Positions 29,001-37,472 of a stretch of 64,000 nucleotides of DNA are shown in pieces. Made by a program: the position numbers and the translations under genes. Location: NCBI GenBank assembly GCA_963718515.1, contig OY970354.1, forward strand, positions 46,363 to 110,362, read 5' to 3'. How positions within the stretch are numbered: the first letter of the stretch is position 1; every line of letters begins with the position of its first letter. The notes under the pieces are model-generated. The model was not told the DNA's origin. It searched no databases and saw only the letters and a list, made by a program, of their open reading frames with translations. This DNA is from an uncultured bacterium (GTDB lineage: Bacteria; Patescibacteriota; Minisyncoccia; UBA6257; 2-01-FULL-56-20).

Positions 29001-29502
29001 GAAGCCAAGCTGACCTGCAAACCGGTCGCCGGAGCGGTCACCGTAGTGCCCGTGCCAGTCGTGGTCGTAGTGCCCGTCGAGCTCATCGAATTGACGAACG
29101 CGCGGGTCTTAGGACCGAAGTAACCTACCGAAGGGGTGATACCGTTCGCCGCCTGGAACTTCCGCGAGCGCTGACTGTGTGAGGGCGCCGAAGTAACCGG
29201 TCGGGGCAGAGACTGCCGTAAGATATCCCTTTGCAATCAGGAGCGACTGGAGTGCCGAAACCTGCGAGCCTGTGGAACCAACGGTGAGGTCGCTGGTAAA
29301 GTCATAGGTCATCGCGGTCGTCGCCGCTGCCAGAAGTTCCCAATTGGCTTTGAAGCTGTTGGATCTGCGCGAGCAAAGCCGCGATCTGAGCCTGGAGGCT
29401 CGCCGTGGACTGTGCATTCGCGAGAGGCAACGCGGCTGCGCCAACCATCCACAATACTGTGGTGGCGGTGAGTGCCGCTGAAACCAATTTTTTATAATTC
29501 AT
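26065..29502 (-). pseudogene. giant surface protein (signal peptide, coiled segment, PG_binding_1-like domain, long Ig-like beta-rich body) with three frame changes confined to its 5' 700 nt
   Basis: The fragments are 29302..29502 (MNYKKLVSAALTATTVLWMVGAAALPLANAQ), 29109..29444, 28850..29236 and 26065..28830. The homologous N-terminal module of the 21578..24793 protein is reconstructed only by joining frames. Confidence 0.7.
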
Positions 29503-29721
29503 TTTTAATTTAATTATCGATTTATTATTGGTATCGACCTGAGAATCCTTTATGGACTCTGTGAGCCGTCGACCTTGCCGTGCACCAAATCACGTTTTTG
29601 TTTTCTTGTTTCAGGAACCGTTTCCGGCACTTCACTCTATTCGCTCGAACGGCCGCCTCGTGAGGGAAAGCGACGACCGATCAAATAGAAGAGAGCGACG
29701 AAAACGGGGTTGATTATCTAA

Positions 29722-29814
29722 AAAAGAAAAAACTCGCTTTTGGCGAGGCTGAAAAAACAAGAAAATCGACCATCAAAAAGTCCATTCTCTGCGGTTCAGC
29801 CTCACACCGAACCT
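29722..29814 (-). ncRNA. possible short transcript or leader ending at an internal terminator
   Basis: In minus sense a TTGACC-N19-TATAAT promoter (29851-29821) is followed by a GGCTGAA...TTCAGCC helix and then CTCGC-caaaa-GCGAG plus TTTTTTCTTTTTT (29749-29720). The spacer is long, so the promoter call is weak. Confidence 0.25.
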
Positions 29815-29948
29815 TTTACTATTATACTGTCCGCTATGAGAAAAGGGTCAAATTAACTGGGGAAAACTTCCCCAGAACCCCCTACTTCTCACGGCACATT
29901 AGATAACGTCCGAGCGGATGAAAGGTTACCCTATTTCGCCCAAAAAGT

Positions 29949-30644
29949 CTATGCCGCCTGGGTCACCCGATAGAACACCGACGGTCCAGCGATTCCCACC
30001 CGCTCAATGAGATTTTGTTCAAGGAGTGTTTGTAAATCATAGCGAATAGTTCTCTCACTGCATTCCGGCAAAATTTCCTGAATATCTTTCAATCGGCAAT
30101 TGCCGGATTGCCGGATTCTATCCAAAATTGCCGTTTGCCGGATTGCCGATTTCAATATGCTGTTTATATTACTTGGCTGGTTTTGTTCTTCTTCCGTTGC
30201 CGGTTCTTCTATTTTTGCCGGTTCGATTGCCGATTGCCGGATTATTGCCGGTTCGGACTTTTTTGCCGGTTCAGGTTTCTGGAACGGTTCGCGCTCCGAT
30301 TTAGAGAATATTTCGGCAACGTCTATTTCCTGTCTTTTTACCTTATTCTTTGATTCGGCAATTGCCACATCCAGGACATATATCTCCTGAAGGATAATAT
30401 TGCTATTGGCAATCGCTATAAGGTTCACGTCTCCCGCAAACTTTATAAGGCACTCTGTGACCCGGAGAGATCGCTCCGCCATCGCATAATCCTCCGCCGT
30501 TGCCGCTTCCAACAATCCGGCACCACCTGCCCGGAGCCTTTCGGAAAAATCTTTTTCCTGCATATTCGCCGCCAAACGAAAGATCGCATAGGCTATCTCA
30601 TACGATTTGGTGAGAATAAAACGCTCTTTGCCGGATTCTTTCAT
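29949..30644 (-). CDS. DeoR-type winged-helix regulator with an N-terminal helical-bundle domain and an EPA-rich linker
   Basis: ORF 29949..30680 trimmed to the ATG at 30644. The C-terminus ILDRIRQSGNCRLKDIQEILPECSERTIRYDLQTLLEQNLIERVG matches the DeoR HTH pattern. Confidence 0.6.
   Translation of the reverse strand: MKESGKERFILTKSYEIAYAIFRLAANMQEKDFSERLRAGGAGLLEAATAEDYAMAERSLRVTECLIKFAGDVNLIAIANSNIILQEIYVLDVAIAESKNKVKRQEIDVAEIFSKSEREPFQKPEPAKKSEPAIIRQSAIEPAKIEEPATEEEQNQPSNINSILKSAIRQTAILDRIRQSGNCRLKDIQEILPECSERTIRYDLQTLLEQNLIERVGIAGPSVFYRVTQAA
30096..30117 (+). repeat. left copy of a 22-nt perfect inverted repeat GCAATTGCCGGATTGCCGGATT
   Basis: Its exact reverse complement occurs at 30657-30678. 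This copy lies inside the coding sequence and encodes IRQSGNC. Confidence 0.9.
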
Positions 30645-30651
30645 ATGGCGG

Positions 30652-30680
30652 ATTATAATCCGGCAATCCGGCAATTGCAA
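30652..30680 (-). promoter_or_regulatory. consensus-like promoter TTGCAA-N17-TATAAT ending 7 nt before the ATG (leaderless geometry)
   Basis: -35 at 30680-30675, -10 at 30657-30652, ATG at 30644. Confidence 0.6.
30657..30678 (-). repeat. right copy of the 22-nt inverted repeat, forming the promoter spacer of the same gene
   Basis: The plus strand reads aatccggcaatccggcaattgc. It overlaps the TTGCAA -35 box and abuts the TATAAT -10 box. Confidence 0.9.
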
Positions 30681-30704
30681 GAAATACGGCCTTTTGCCGG
30701 ATTG

Positions 30705-31419
30705 CTATAATACCCAGCGAGCGGAGGCGGTGACGATGACGAGCAGGGTAAAAATGATGGCGGACGTGGCGAATATCTTCTCCCGGGAAAGCTCGCCAAA
30801 AATGTAGCGGGGCACGAGATCGATAAATATCGTGGCGATAAGGAATACAATTGCCGATTGATAAACAAAGTCGAGCGGAAGGAAAAGTCCAACGATCAAG
30901 ACCTGCCATATAAGAACGAACGAAACCCAGCTCATCATGCGCACGAACGCGCGGCCTTCTTCGGGCGAGACCGCGAAATTTTTTACGAAGCTCGATGCCA
31001 TCGCGCTCATTGCCCATGCGACGAGAAGGCTGTATAGAAGCGACAGGCCCCCAAAATCTCCGCCCGCTTTCATGAAAAAGCTCCGCACCAGCAAATACGT
31101 GAGTATAAGCACAAGGATCTCATATGCCGACTTGCGATCGATGATGAGGAGATCCTTTATGAGAAGTATGAGGTAAAAAATACCGGCAAGGAGGACGGCA
31201 AAGAAGAGGTTCGGCGCCTCAAGAAGAGAAATAACAAGCACAACCAAAAACGGCAGCCGCAACCCTTCCGCTTCCTGCGATTGGGAAGAAATAGAGATAA
31301 AGCGCGACGAAGAAAAACAACCAGAATGGGAGCGCCAGCCACGCGGCGGCAAAAACAACGGCCCTAAGAACTAAAGACCAATGAATTCGCTTTAAAATTG
31401 ACTTTAACTTTTCCGCCAT
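30705..31419 (-). pseudogene. polytopic membrane protein, one frame change near 31260
   Basis: The N-terminal part (MAEKLKSILKRIHWSLVLRAVVFAAAWLALPFWLFFFVALYLYFFPI) lies in ORF 31219..31461. The rest lies in ORF 30705..31358. The start is uncertain because it overlaps the clpB 3' end. Confidence 0.5.
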
Positions 31420-34050
31420 CTTTGAATTCGCCGCGGATGATCTTATCCGCCAACCTATCAAGGATAACCTTCTGCATCAATCGCTTCAAGGGGCGCGCGC
31501 CATACTCCGCGCTGAAGCCTTCCTTTGCAAGGTGCGCGCGCGCGGCCGGCTCGATCTCGAGCTTGATGTGGCGGTCCGCCAGGCGCTTTTCGATGAGCTT
31601 GATCTGGATGTCCACGATCTTCTCGATATCCGCTCTTGCGAAGCGGGTTGAAGATGACGACGTCATCGATACGGTTCAAGAACTCCGGGCGGAAGCTGCG
31701 ATCGCAATGCCTCCATCACTTTTTCGCGATAATCCCCTTCCTCGAGCGATGCTTCGTTATCTTCCGAGCTAAAACCAATGCGCGACATGGCCTTGAGATA
31801 TTCGCTTCCAACGTTCGACGTCATGATGATGATCGAGTTCTTGAAGTTGACGGTCTTGCCCTTGCTATCGGTAAGGCGGCCATTGTCGAGCACTTGCAAA
31901 AGCAAGTTGAACACTTCCGGATGCGCCTTTTCGATCTCGTCAAAAAGGATCAGGCTGTATGGCCGATGGCGCACGATCTCGGTGAGCTGGCCGCCTTCTT
32001 CGTGGCCCACATAGCCCGGAGGCGAGCCGATCAACCGGCTGACCGCATGCCGCTCCATATATTCGGACATATCCACGCGCACGAGCGCCTTTTCATCGTT
32101 GAACATAAATTCCGCGAGCGCCCGCGCGAGCTCGGTTTTGCCGACGCCGGTCGGGCCGAGGAACATGAACGATCCGATCGGGCGGTTCTCATCCGAAAGC
32201 CCCGCGCGCGAGCGGCGCAATGCCGACGCGACGGAAGCGATCGCCTCGTCCTGGCCGATCACCCGTTCGCGCAAAACCTCTTCGATGCGAATCAGCTTGT
32301 CGCGTATCGGTCTCAAGCATCCGCTTTAAAGGAATGCCGGTCCAAACAGCGACGACCGCGGCAACGTCCTCTTTATCCACTGATTCCTTTAAGGAACCTG
32401 TCGGTCGTGGCGCCGGTTGCCGTGGCGGATGAGGAATTCTTTGATTTCCGCGATTTTGCCGCTGCCGGGCCGCCAAAATTCTTCTTTTCGAACATCTGAA
32501 AATCCTTCTCGGCTGCGGGCAATTCGCCATAAATGATCTGCGCCACACGCTCAAGATTGCCTTCACGCTCGGCCACTTCCGCCTCGCGCTTTAAGTTATC
32601 CACTTTTTGGCGAAGCTGGTGCAAAGTCTCGAATTTTATCTTTTCCGAATGCCATTTGCTTGAAAGCTCGTCGTTCTGCTCTTTTAATAGCGCGAGTTGT
32701 TTATCGATCTCTTTGATCCGCTCGTGGTGACGCTTTTCTGCCCTTCTTTGACAAGCGCCTGCTTTTCGATCTCCAGGCGCGTGATCTCGCGGCGCGCCTG
32801 GTCAATTTCTTTCGGCAAACTCTCCGATCCAAGCCGGCGCGCCGCGGCGGCTTCGTCGATAAGATCCACCGCTTTATCCGGCAAAAAACGGTCGGTGATG
32901 TAACGCGCGGAAAGATTGACGGCCTCGATGATGGCCTCGTCGCTGATGCGCATGCCATGATGGATCTCATATTTTTCTTTAAGCCCGCGCAAAATAGAGA
33001 TCGAATCCTCGATCGATCGGCTCCTCTACTATGATCGGCTGGAAGCGCCGCTCGAGCGCCGGATCCTTCTCTATATATTTCTGATATTCGCGGATGGTCG
33101 TCGCGCCGATCGCGTGCAGTTCGCCGCGCGCAAGCGCCGGCTTGAGCAAATTCGAAGCATCGATCGCGCCTTCGGCGGCACCCGCGCCGACGATCGTGTG
33201 GATCTCATCTATAAATAAGATAATATTGCCGGCCGCGTTCTTCACTTCTTTCATAAACGCTTTCAAGCGATCTTCAAATTCGCCGCGGAATTTTGTTCCG
33301 GCGATGAGCGATCCGAGATCGAGCATCAACACCTGCTTGCCCTTAAGAAGCTCCGGCACGTCGCCCGAGGCGATGCGCTGAGCCAATCCCTCTACGATTG
33401 CGGTCTTTCCAACGCCCGGCTCGCCGATAAGGCACGGATTGTTCTTGGTGCGGCGCGAAAGCACCTGCATCAAGCGGCGCAATTCTTCCTCGCGGCCGAT
33501 CACCGGATCAAGCTCGCCTGCCTTGGCTTTGTCGCTCAAATTGATCGCATATTTTTCCAACACCTGGAATTTGCTCTCCGGCGTTTCGTCCGTGACGCGC
33601 ACCGAACCGCGCAACTGCGCCAAAACCCGGAAAGCGCTCTCGCGGCGGACGCCAAATTTTTCAAGCAACGATTTTGCCGTACCTTGCACATCGAGGAGCG
33701 CCAGCAAAAGATGTTCGCACGAAACAAATTCATCTTTTTGCTGCGCAGCAATCTTTGCCGCCTGGTCGAGCACTTTCATCAATTCCTGCGAAAGATAGAG
33801 CTGGCCGAGCGCGGAATTGCTCACGATGGGCGGAATGCGATCGAGCTCGAGTCTCGATCTGTTCATCCAGCTGTTCGAGATTGACCCCGGAGCGCTCGAG
33901 CACCGGAATGACGAGCGACTGCTCGTCTTCTAATAACGCCGCAAGCAAATGAAGCGATTTCAACTCGCCATGATTCTTCTTTGCCGCGATCTCCTGCGCA
34001 TTCTGCAAGGCTTCCTGCGCTTTTATAGTGAAACGGTGAAAGTTTGGCAT
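31364..34050 (-). pseudogene. clpB: ClpB chaperone (AAA+ disaggregase), multiply frame-disrupted
   Basis: The homology passes through fragments 33730..34050, 32979..33866, 32684..32992, 32373..32624, 31663..32316 and 31364..31666. Both Walker A motifs are present ([16 protein letters not shown]), as is the middle coiled-coil. At least five frame changes. Confidence 0.85.
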
Positions 34051-34161
34051 TGATTTTTATTATTATCACCCGATTATACTCTGCGGGGCATTAAAAAATT
34101 CTTAAACCAAGATTGAAAGTTCCTTAACTTATTATACCGCGCAAAGCGCTGATATATATCA

Positions 34162-34189
34162 ATTATAGCCGGCGGGCGGGCATTGTCAA
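34162..34189 (-). promoter_or_regulatory. consensus promoter TTGACA-N16-TATAAT upstream of clpB
   Basis: -35 at 34189-34184 and -10 at 34167-34162. The palindrome TGATATATATCA follows the -10 box directly. Confidence 0.6.
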
Positions 34190-34281
34190 TCTCGGGGTGA
34201 GATTGCTAATGGCATCTTATTCCCCTGCTGGCCGCTCTGCGAGCGTTGCTTGCGGGGTTATCTCCTGCCCGGCCCGCCCGT

Positions 34282-35481
34282 CTATCGCAACGCCTTCTCT
34301 ATAATACTGGCCGCCACCGCTATCTCCCTCTTCGCTGTTCCTTTTCCTAGGCTGAAGCGGACGCTTGATGCGGCCCGGGTTTTATCGTATCCCAATGCCT
34401 CGATCACGTACGACAACTCCGCCGCGCGCGAGCGGCACGCCGAACCGGAAGAGACAGCAAGGCCGGCCCGATCGAATCGCGTGAGCAGATCCTGCGCGTC
34501 GTGGCCCGGGAAATAAATATTTAAAATATGCGGCGCTTTTGCGCCCCCCACCGGACCGTTGATTTCCGCTGCGGGAGCAATGTTTTTTATCTGCCGCCAC
34601 AAATCGTCACGCAGTGCGGCGATCCGCGCGGACGTTTTCCCGCGAGTGTCGGCGGCAAGCTCCGCGGCACGAGCAAATCCCACTACGCCCGGCACGTTCT
34701 CCGTACCGGAGCGCAATCCAAATTCCTGGCCACCTCCGCTCACTTGCGCAATGAGCGGGAAACCACCGTTCTTCCCAAAAATCTTTTCATTGCGGCGCAC
34801 GTACAATGCGCCGACCCCCTTTGGTCCGTACATTTTATGCGAGGACAATGTCATCATATCCACGCCGAGCAATTCGACATCGCAATAGAGATAGGGAAAG
34901 GACTGCGCGGCGTCGGTGTGAAAAAGCGGATATTCCGGATGCAATGAATTTTTGCGGAATGCATCGATCATAAATTTTATCTCGCGGAGCGGCTGGACGG
35001 TGCCGACTTCGTTGTTCACGTGCATGACCGATACGACGACCGTGTCTTCATTCAACGCTTCTTTTAAAGAGACAATATCCACGACGCCCTCTTTATTGAC
35101 CGGCAATCGTACGACTTCGACCCCGGACTCTTCCAAGGCTTTTGCCGTTTCGAGGATCGACTCATGCTCTATTGACGAGATGACAATGCGCGGCCGGGCG
35201 ACGTGCGGGTGATGTTTCTTATAAAATTCCACTGCGCCGCGGAACGCGAGATTATTCGCCTCGGTCGCGCTGGCCGTAAAAATGATCTCGCGAAAATGCG
35301 CGGCGCCGATAAGTTTTCCAAGTTTCTCACGCGACGCGTCCACGGCGGCAATCGCTTTCTGTCCAAATGAATGGAGTGAGCCGGGGTTGCCGAACTCGTT
35401 CCGAAAATATGGCTTCATCGCCCTAAGCACGCGCGGGTCGACCGGCGTCGATGCGGCATAGTCAAAATAAAGGCGGCGCAT
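34282..35481 (-). CDS. cysteine desulfurase (class V aminotransferase, NifS/IscS-like)
   Basis: 399 aa with the PLP-lysine motif SSHKMYGPKGVGALYVR and the catalytic SSGSAC loop. Confidence 0.85.
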   Translation of the reverse strand: MRRLYFDYAASTPVDPRVLRAMKPYFRNEFGNPGSLHSFGQKAIAAVDASREKLGKLIGAAHFREIIFTASATEANNLAFRGAVEFYKKHHPHVARPRIVISSIEHESILETAKALEESGVEVVRLPVNKEGVVDIVSLKEALNEDTVVVSVMHVNNEVGTVQPLREIKFMIDAFRKNSLHPEYPLFHTDAAQSFPYLYCDVELLGVDMMTLSSHKMYGPKGVGALYVRRNEKIFGKNGGFPLIAQVSGGGQEFGLRSGTENVPGVVGFARAAELAADTRGKTSARIAALRDDLWRQIKNIAPAAEINGPVGGAKAPHILNIYFPGHDAQDLLTRFDRAGLAVSSGSACRSRAAELSYVIEALGYDKTRAASSVRFSLGKGTAKREIAVAASIIEKALR

Positions 35482-35513
35482 GATAGTGATTATTAAAGTC
35501 TACTACGATTCCG

Positions 35514-36095
35514 CTAAAGAAGCGCGGGCGTGGCAGACGGCTTTGCAAATTCCACTTTGATGATCTCACCGGTTTTCTTGCTCGGCATCAAAAGAAAATT
35601 TTGCTTGCGATAGAGATCGTACAATTCCTTTGTCAGCTTCACGTCGTTCACGCAATATTCTTTAAGCTCCTCCATCTTTCCATCGCGATAGAGCGCGATC
35701 GCTTCGGAGCCGTGATGGGTCTTGTTCATGCCGAGGTTTGCGCTGGCGAGACGATCGAGGCTCACGCGTTGTCCCGTCGCCATTTCGATTTCCTCCAGCA
35801 GATCGACGCGTTCCATCTCCCACAGCTTGGGCCCGTTCTTCAACCGCTGGAAATAATTATTGAGCACCGGCACGTCGTAGCGGTTCATGCTGAAGCCCAC
35901 GATCCGCCGCGCGTCGTTGAATAATTCCGCGAGCTTATCCATCTCATGCTCTTCGTAACAATAATAGCGATCTTCCAAATAGGAATAGACGCCGACCACC
36001 GAAATTTTTAGCGCATCAAAATTATCCCAGCCCACATCCGGGTCGGTGAAAAAATTCTGTGTTTCGATGTCGAACACGAGCGTATCTAAGGTCAT
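35514..36095 (-). CDS. DEDDy-type 3'-5' exonuclease fold protein (RNase H-like superfamily)
   Basis: 193 aa. Motifs are DIETQ (Exo I), GFSMNRYDVPVL (Exo II) and YCVNDVKLT (Exo III). Confidence 0.6.
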   Translation of the reverse strand: MTLDTLVFDIETQNFFTDPDVGWDNFDALKISVVGVYSYLEDRYYCYEEHEMDKLAELFNDARRIVGFSMNRYDVPVLNNYFQRLKNGPKLWEMERVDLLEEIEMATGQRVSLDRLASANLGMNKTHHGSEAIALYRDGKMEELKEYCVNDVKLTKELYDLYRKQNFLLMPSKKTGEIIKVEFAKPSATPALL

Positions 36096-36128
36096 GGTAT
36101 ATATTACTAAAATTACTTCTGCGCAAAC

Positions 36129-36608
36129 CTATACGTGCCTGTCGGCGACGTTTGTGGCGGCATAGCTGTCCGGCTTGATCTTTACTTCAAAATTATTCGC
36201 ACGGATCATGCCGACGATCTCCTGGATGACGGCTTTCGTAGGCCCGTTCATGCCGACGTCCGCGTGGATCTCGAACTCGAACTCTGGGAGCGGGAATTTT
36301 TTGAGCTCGGCGAGAATGCCCTGCGCGACCTCGAGCGAGATCAGCGCTTCTTTTATCATCCGGTCGCGGAGCGTGTGGAACTTTCCGAGCTCGAAGCGGC
36401 GGTAGAAGTAGCGGCCGCCGTTGCCGATGCGATGCACGACGACGGCATTCACAAAATCGGCGTTCTTACTGGAGAGCAATTGCGAATCGGTGCCGATCGT
36501 TACTCTATACTTGTACAAAAGATCAGCGCCCATAAACGCCATGATCTCGCCCACCACTTGCGGCACCGTGAGCTTAATTCCCAGCGAACTGATGAACGTA
36601 TCTGGCAT
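36129..36608 (-). CDS. YkuK/DUF458-like RNase H-fold protein
   Basis: ORF trimmed to the ATG at 36608. The central segment is VTIGTDSQLLSSKNADFVNAVVVHRIGNGGRYFYRR. Confidence 0.5.
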   Translation of the reverse strand: MPDTFISSLGIKLTVPQVVGEIMAFMGADLLYKYRVTIGTDSQLLSSKNADFVNAVVVHRIGNGGRYFYRRFELGKFHTLRDRMIKEALISLEVAQGILAELKKFPLPEFEFEIHADVGMNGPTKAVIQEIVGMIRANNFEVKIKPDSYAATNVADRHV

Positions 36609-36627
36609 TACCCAGAATATACGCCCT

Positions 36628-37416
36628 TCAGGGGCGCGAGTCAATTATTTTTTTAATGATCGCGATCGTGTCTTTTGGGCCGCTTGTCGCTATCGTCTGC
36701 ACGCCGGTCTTCTTTGCCGCCGCATCGTTCCCGCCCGGATAGAGCGCATCGCCGATGAAGACCATATCCTTGATACGGATTTTTAATACTTTCTCAATCT
36801 GCCGAACGCCGTACGCTTTGTCGATGCCATGTTGGGTTATATCGATCGTAGTGAACCCCGCGGCATGCACTTCAAGGCCCGGAAGCTTCTTCTGAAGCAT
36901 GCGTGCAATGTTAAGCTTGAGCGGCGTGTTCTTTTTGACCCACTGCTCCTTGAGACGCACACCCCTTGCTCCCAACCGAGCCACCACGTCCTGCCCTAGG
37001 AATGAATATGACATTTGCGATTCCCTATCCTCAAGAGTTTTGCCATATACCCTCTCTGGAGGAACATAATGAACTTCTTTAAGAACATCCCTGACGGCTT
37101 TTCTGACTTTTTGCTTTTGAGCCTTAGATAAAAAATGGGCGTATATATTTTTCCATCCTTTATTGTATCGGTAAAATGCCGTTGCGGTAGTTGGAAAAAG
37201 AAATAAATTCTTTAACGATTCAGGTGGGCAATCAAGGTTCGCAAGAAACTGCTTACGGAACTGGCGATAGCTTCCACCCCCGATCACGGCGACTTTCTTT
37301 TGGGCAAGGAGTACGGCGAGTGCGCGGGCCATGTCCGGCTCAAGCGGTGACTTGCTGGGTGCGAGCGTGCCGTCGAGATCGAAGACGATAAGGGATTTCT
37401 TTGAGAGCGATGCCAT
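36628..37416 (-). CDS. HAD-IIB family hydrolase (phosphomannomutase-like)
   Basis: 262 aa with motif I LIVFDLDGTL and the late motif FIGDALYPGGNDAAA. Confidence 0.7.
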   Translation of the reverse strand: MASLSKKSLIVFDLDGTLAPSKSPLEPDMARALAVLLAQKKVAVIGGGSYRQFRKQFLANLDCPPESLKNLFLFPTTATAFYRYNKGWKNIYAHFLSKAQKQKVRKAVRDVLKEVHYVPPERVYGKTLEDRESQMSYSFLGQDVVARLGARGVRLKEQWVKKNTPLKLNIARMLQKKLPGLEVHAAGFTTIDITQHGIDKAYGVRQIEKVLKIRIKDMVFIGDALYPGGNDAAAKKTGVQTIATSGPKDTIAIIKKIIDSRP

Positions 37417-37472
37417 ATCCTCAATTGTAGCAAATGCATAAATAGCCGAGTGATGTTAAAATAAATCTCGTA

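Noticed and set aside
30090-30710. CRISPR-like array of TTGCCGGATT repeats
   Set aside because: The repeats are 9-11 nt with irregular spacing. Most lie inside a coding sequence and encode peptide repeats, and there is no leader or cas context.
31636-32499. 287-aa plus-strand ORF
   Set aside because: It is antisense to the clpB NBD2 region. The clpB homology on the minus strand explains the open frame.
34169-34280. GC-rich long-range stem (CCGGCGGGCGGGCA with TGCCCGGCCCGCCCG) enclosing 83 nt between the cysteine desulfurase stop and the clpB promoter, considered as an ncRNA or thermosensor
   Set aside because: It lies upstream of the predicted clpB transcription start, so it would not be part of the clpB mRNA. 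It is most simply the U-run-less 3' structure of the upstream gene. Its overlap with the promoter spacer is noted but not pursued.
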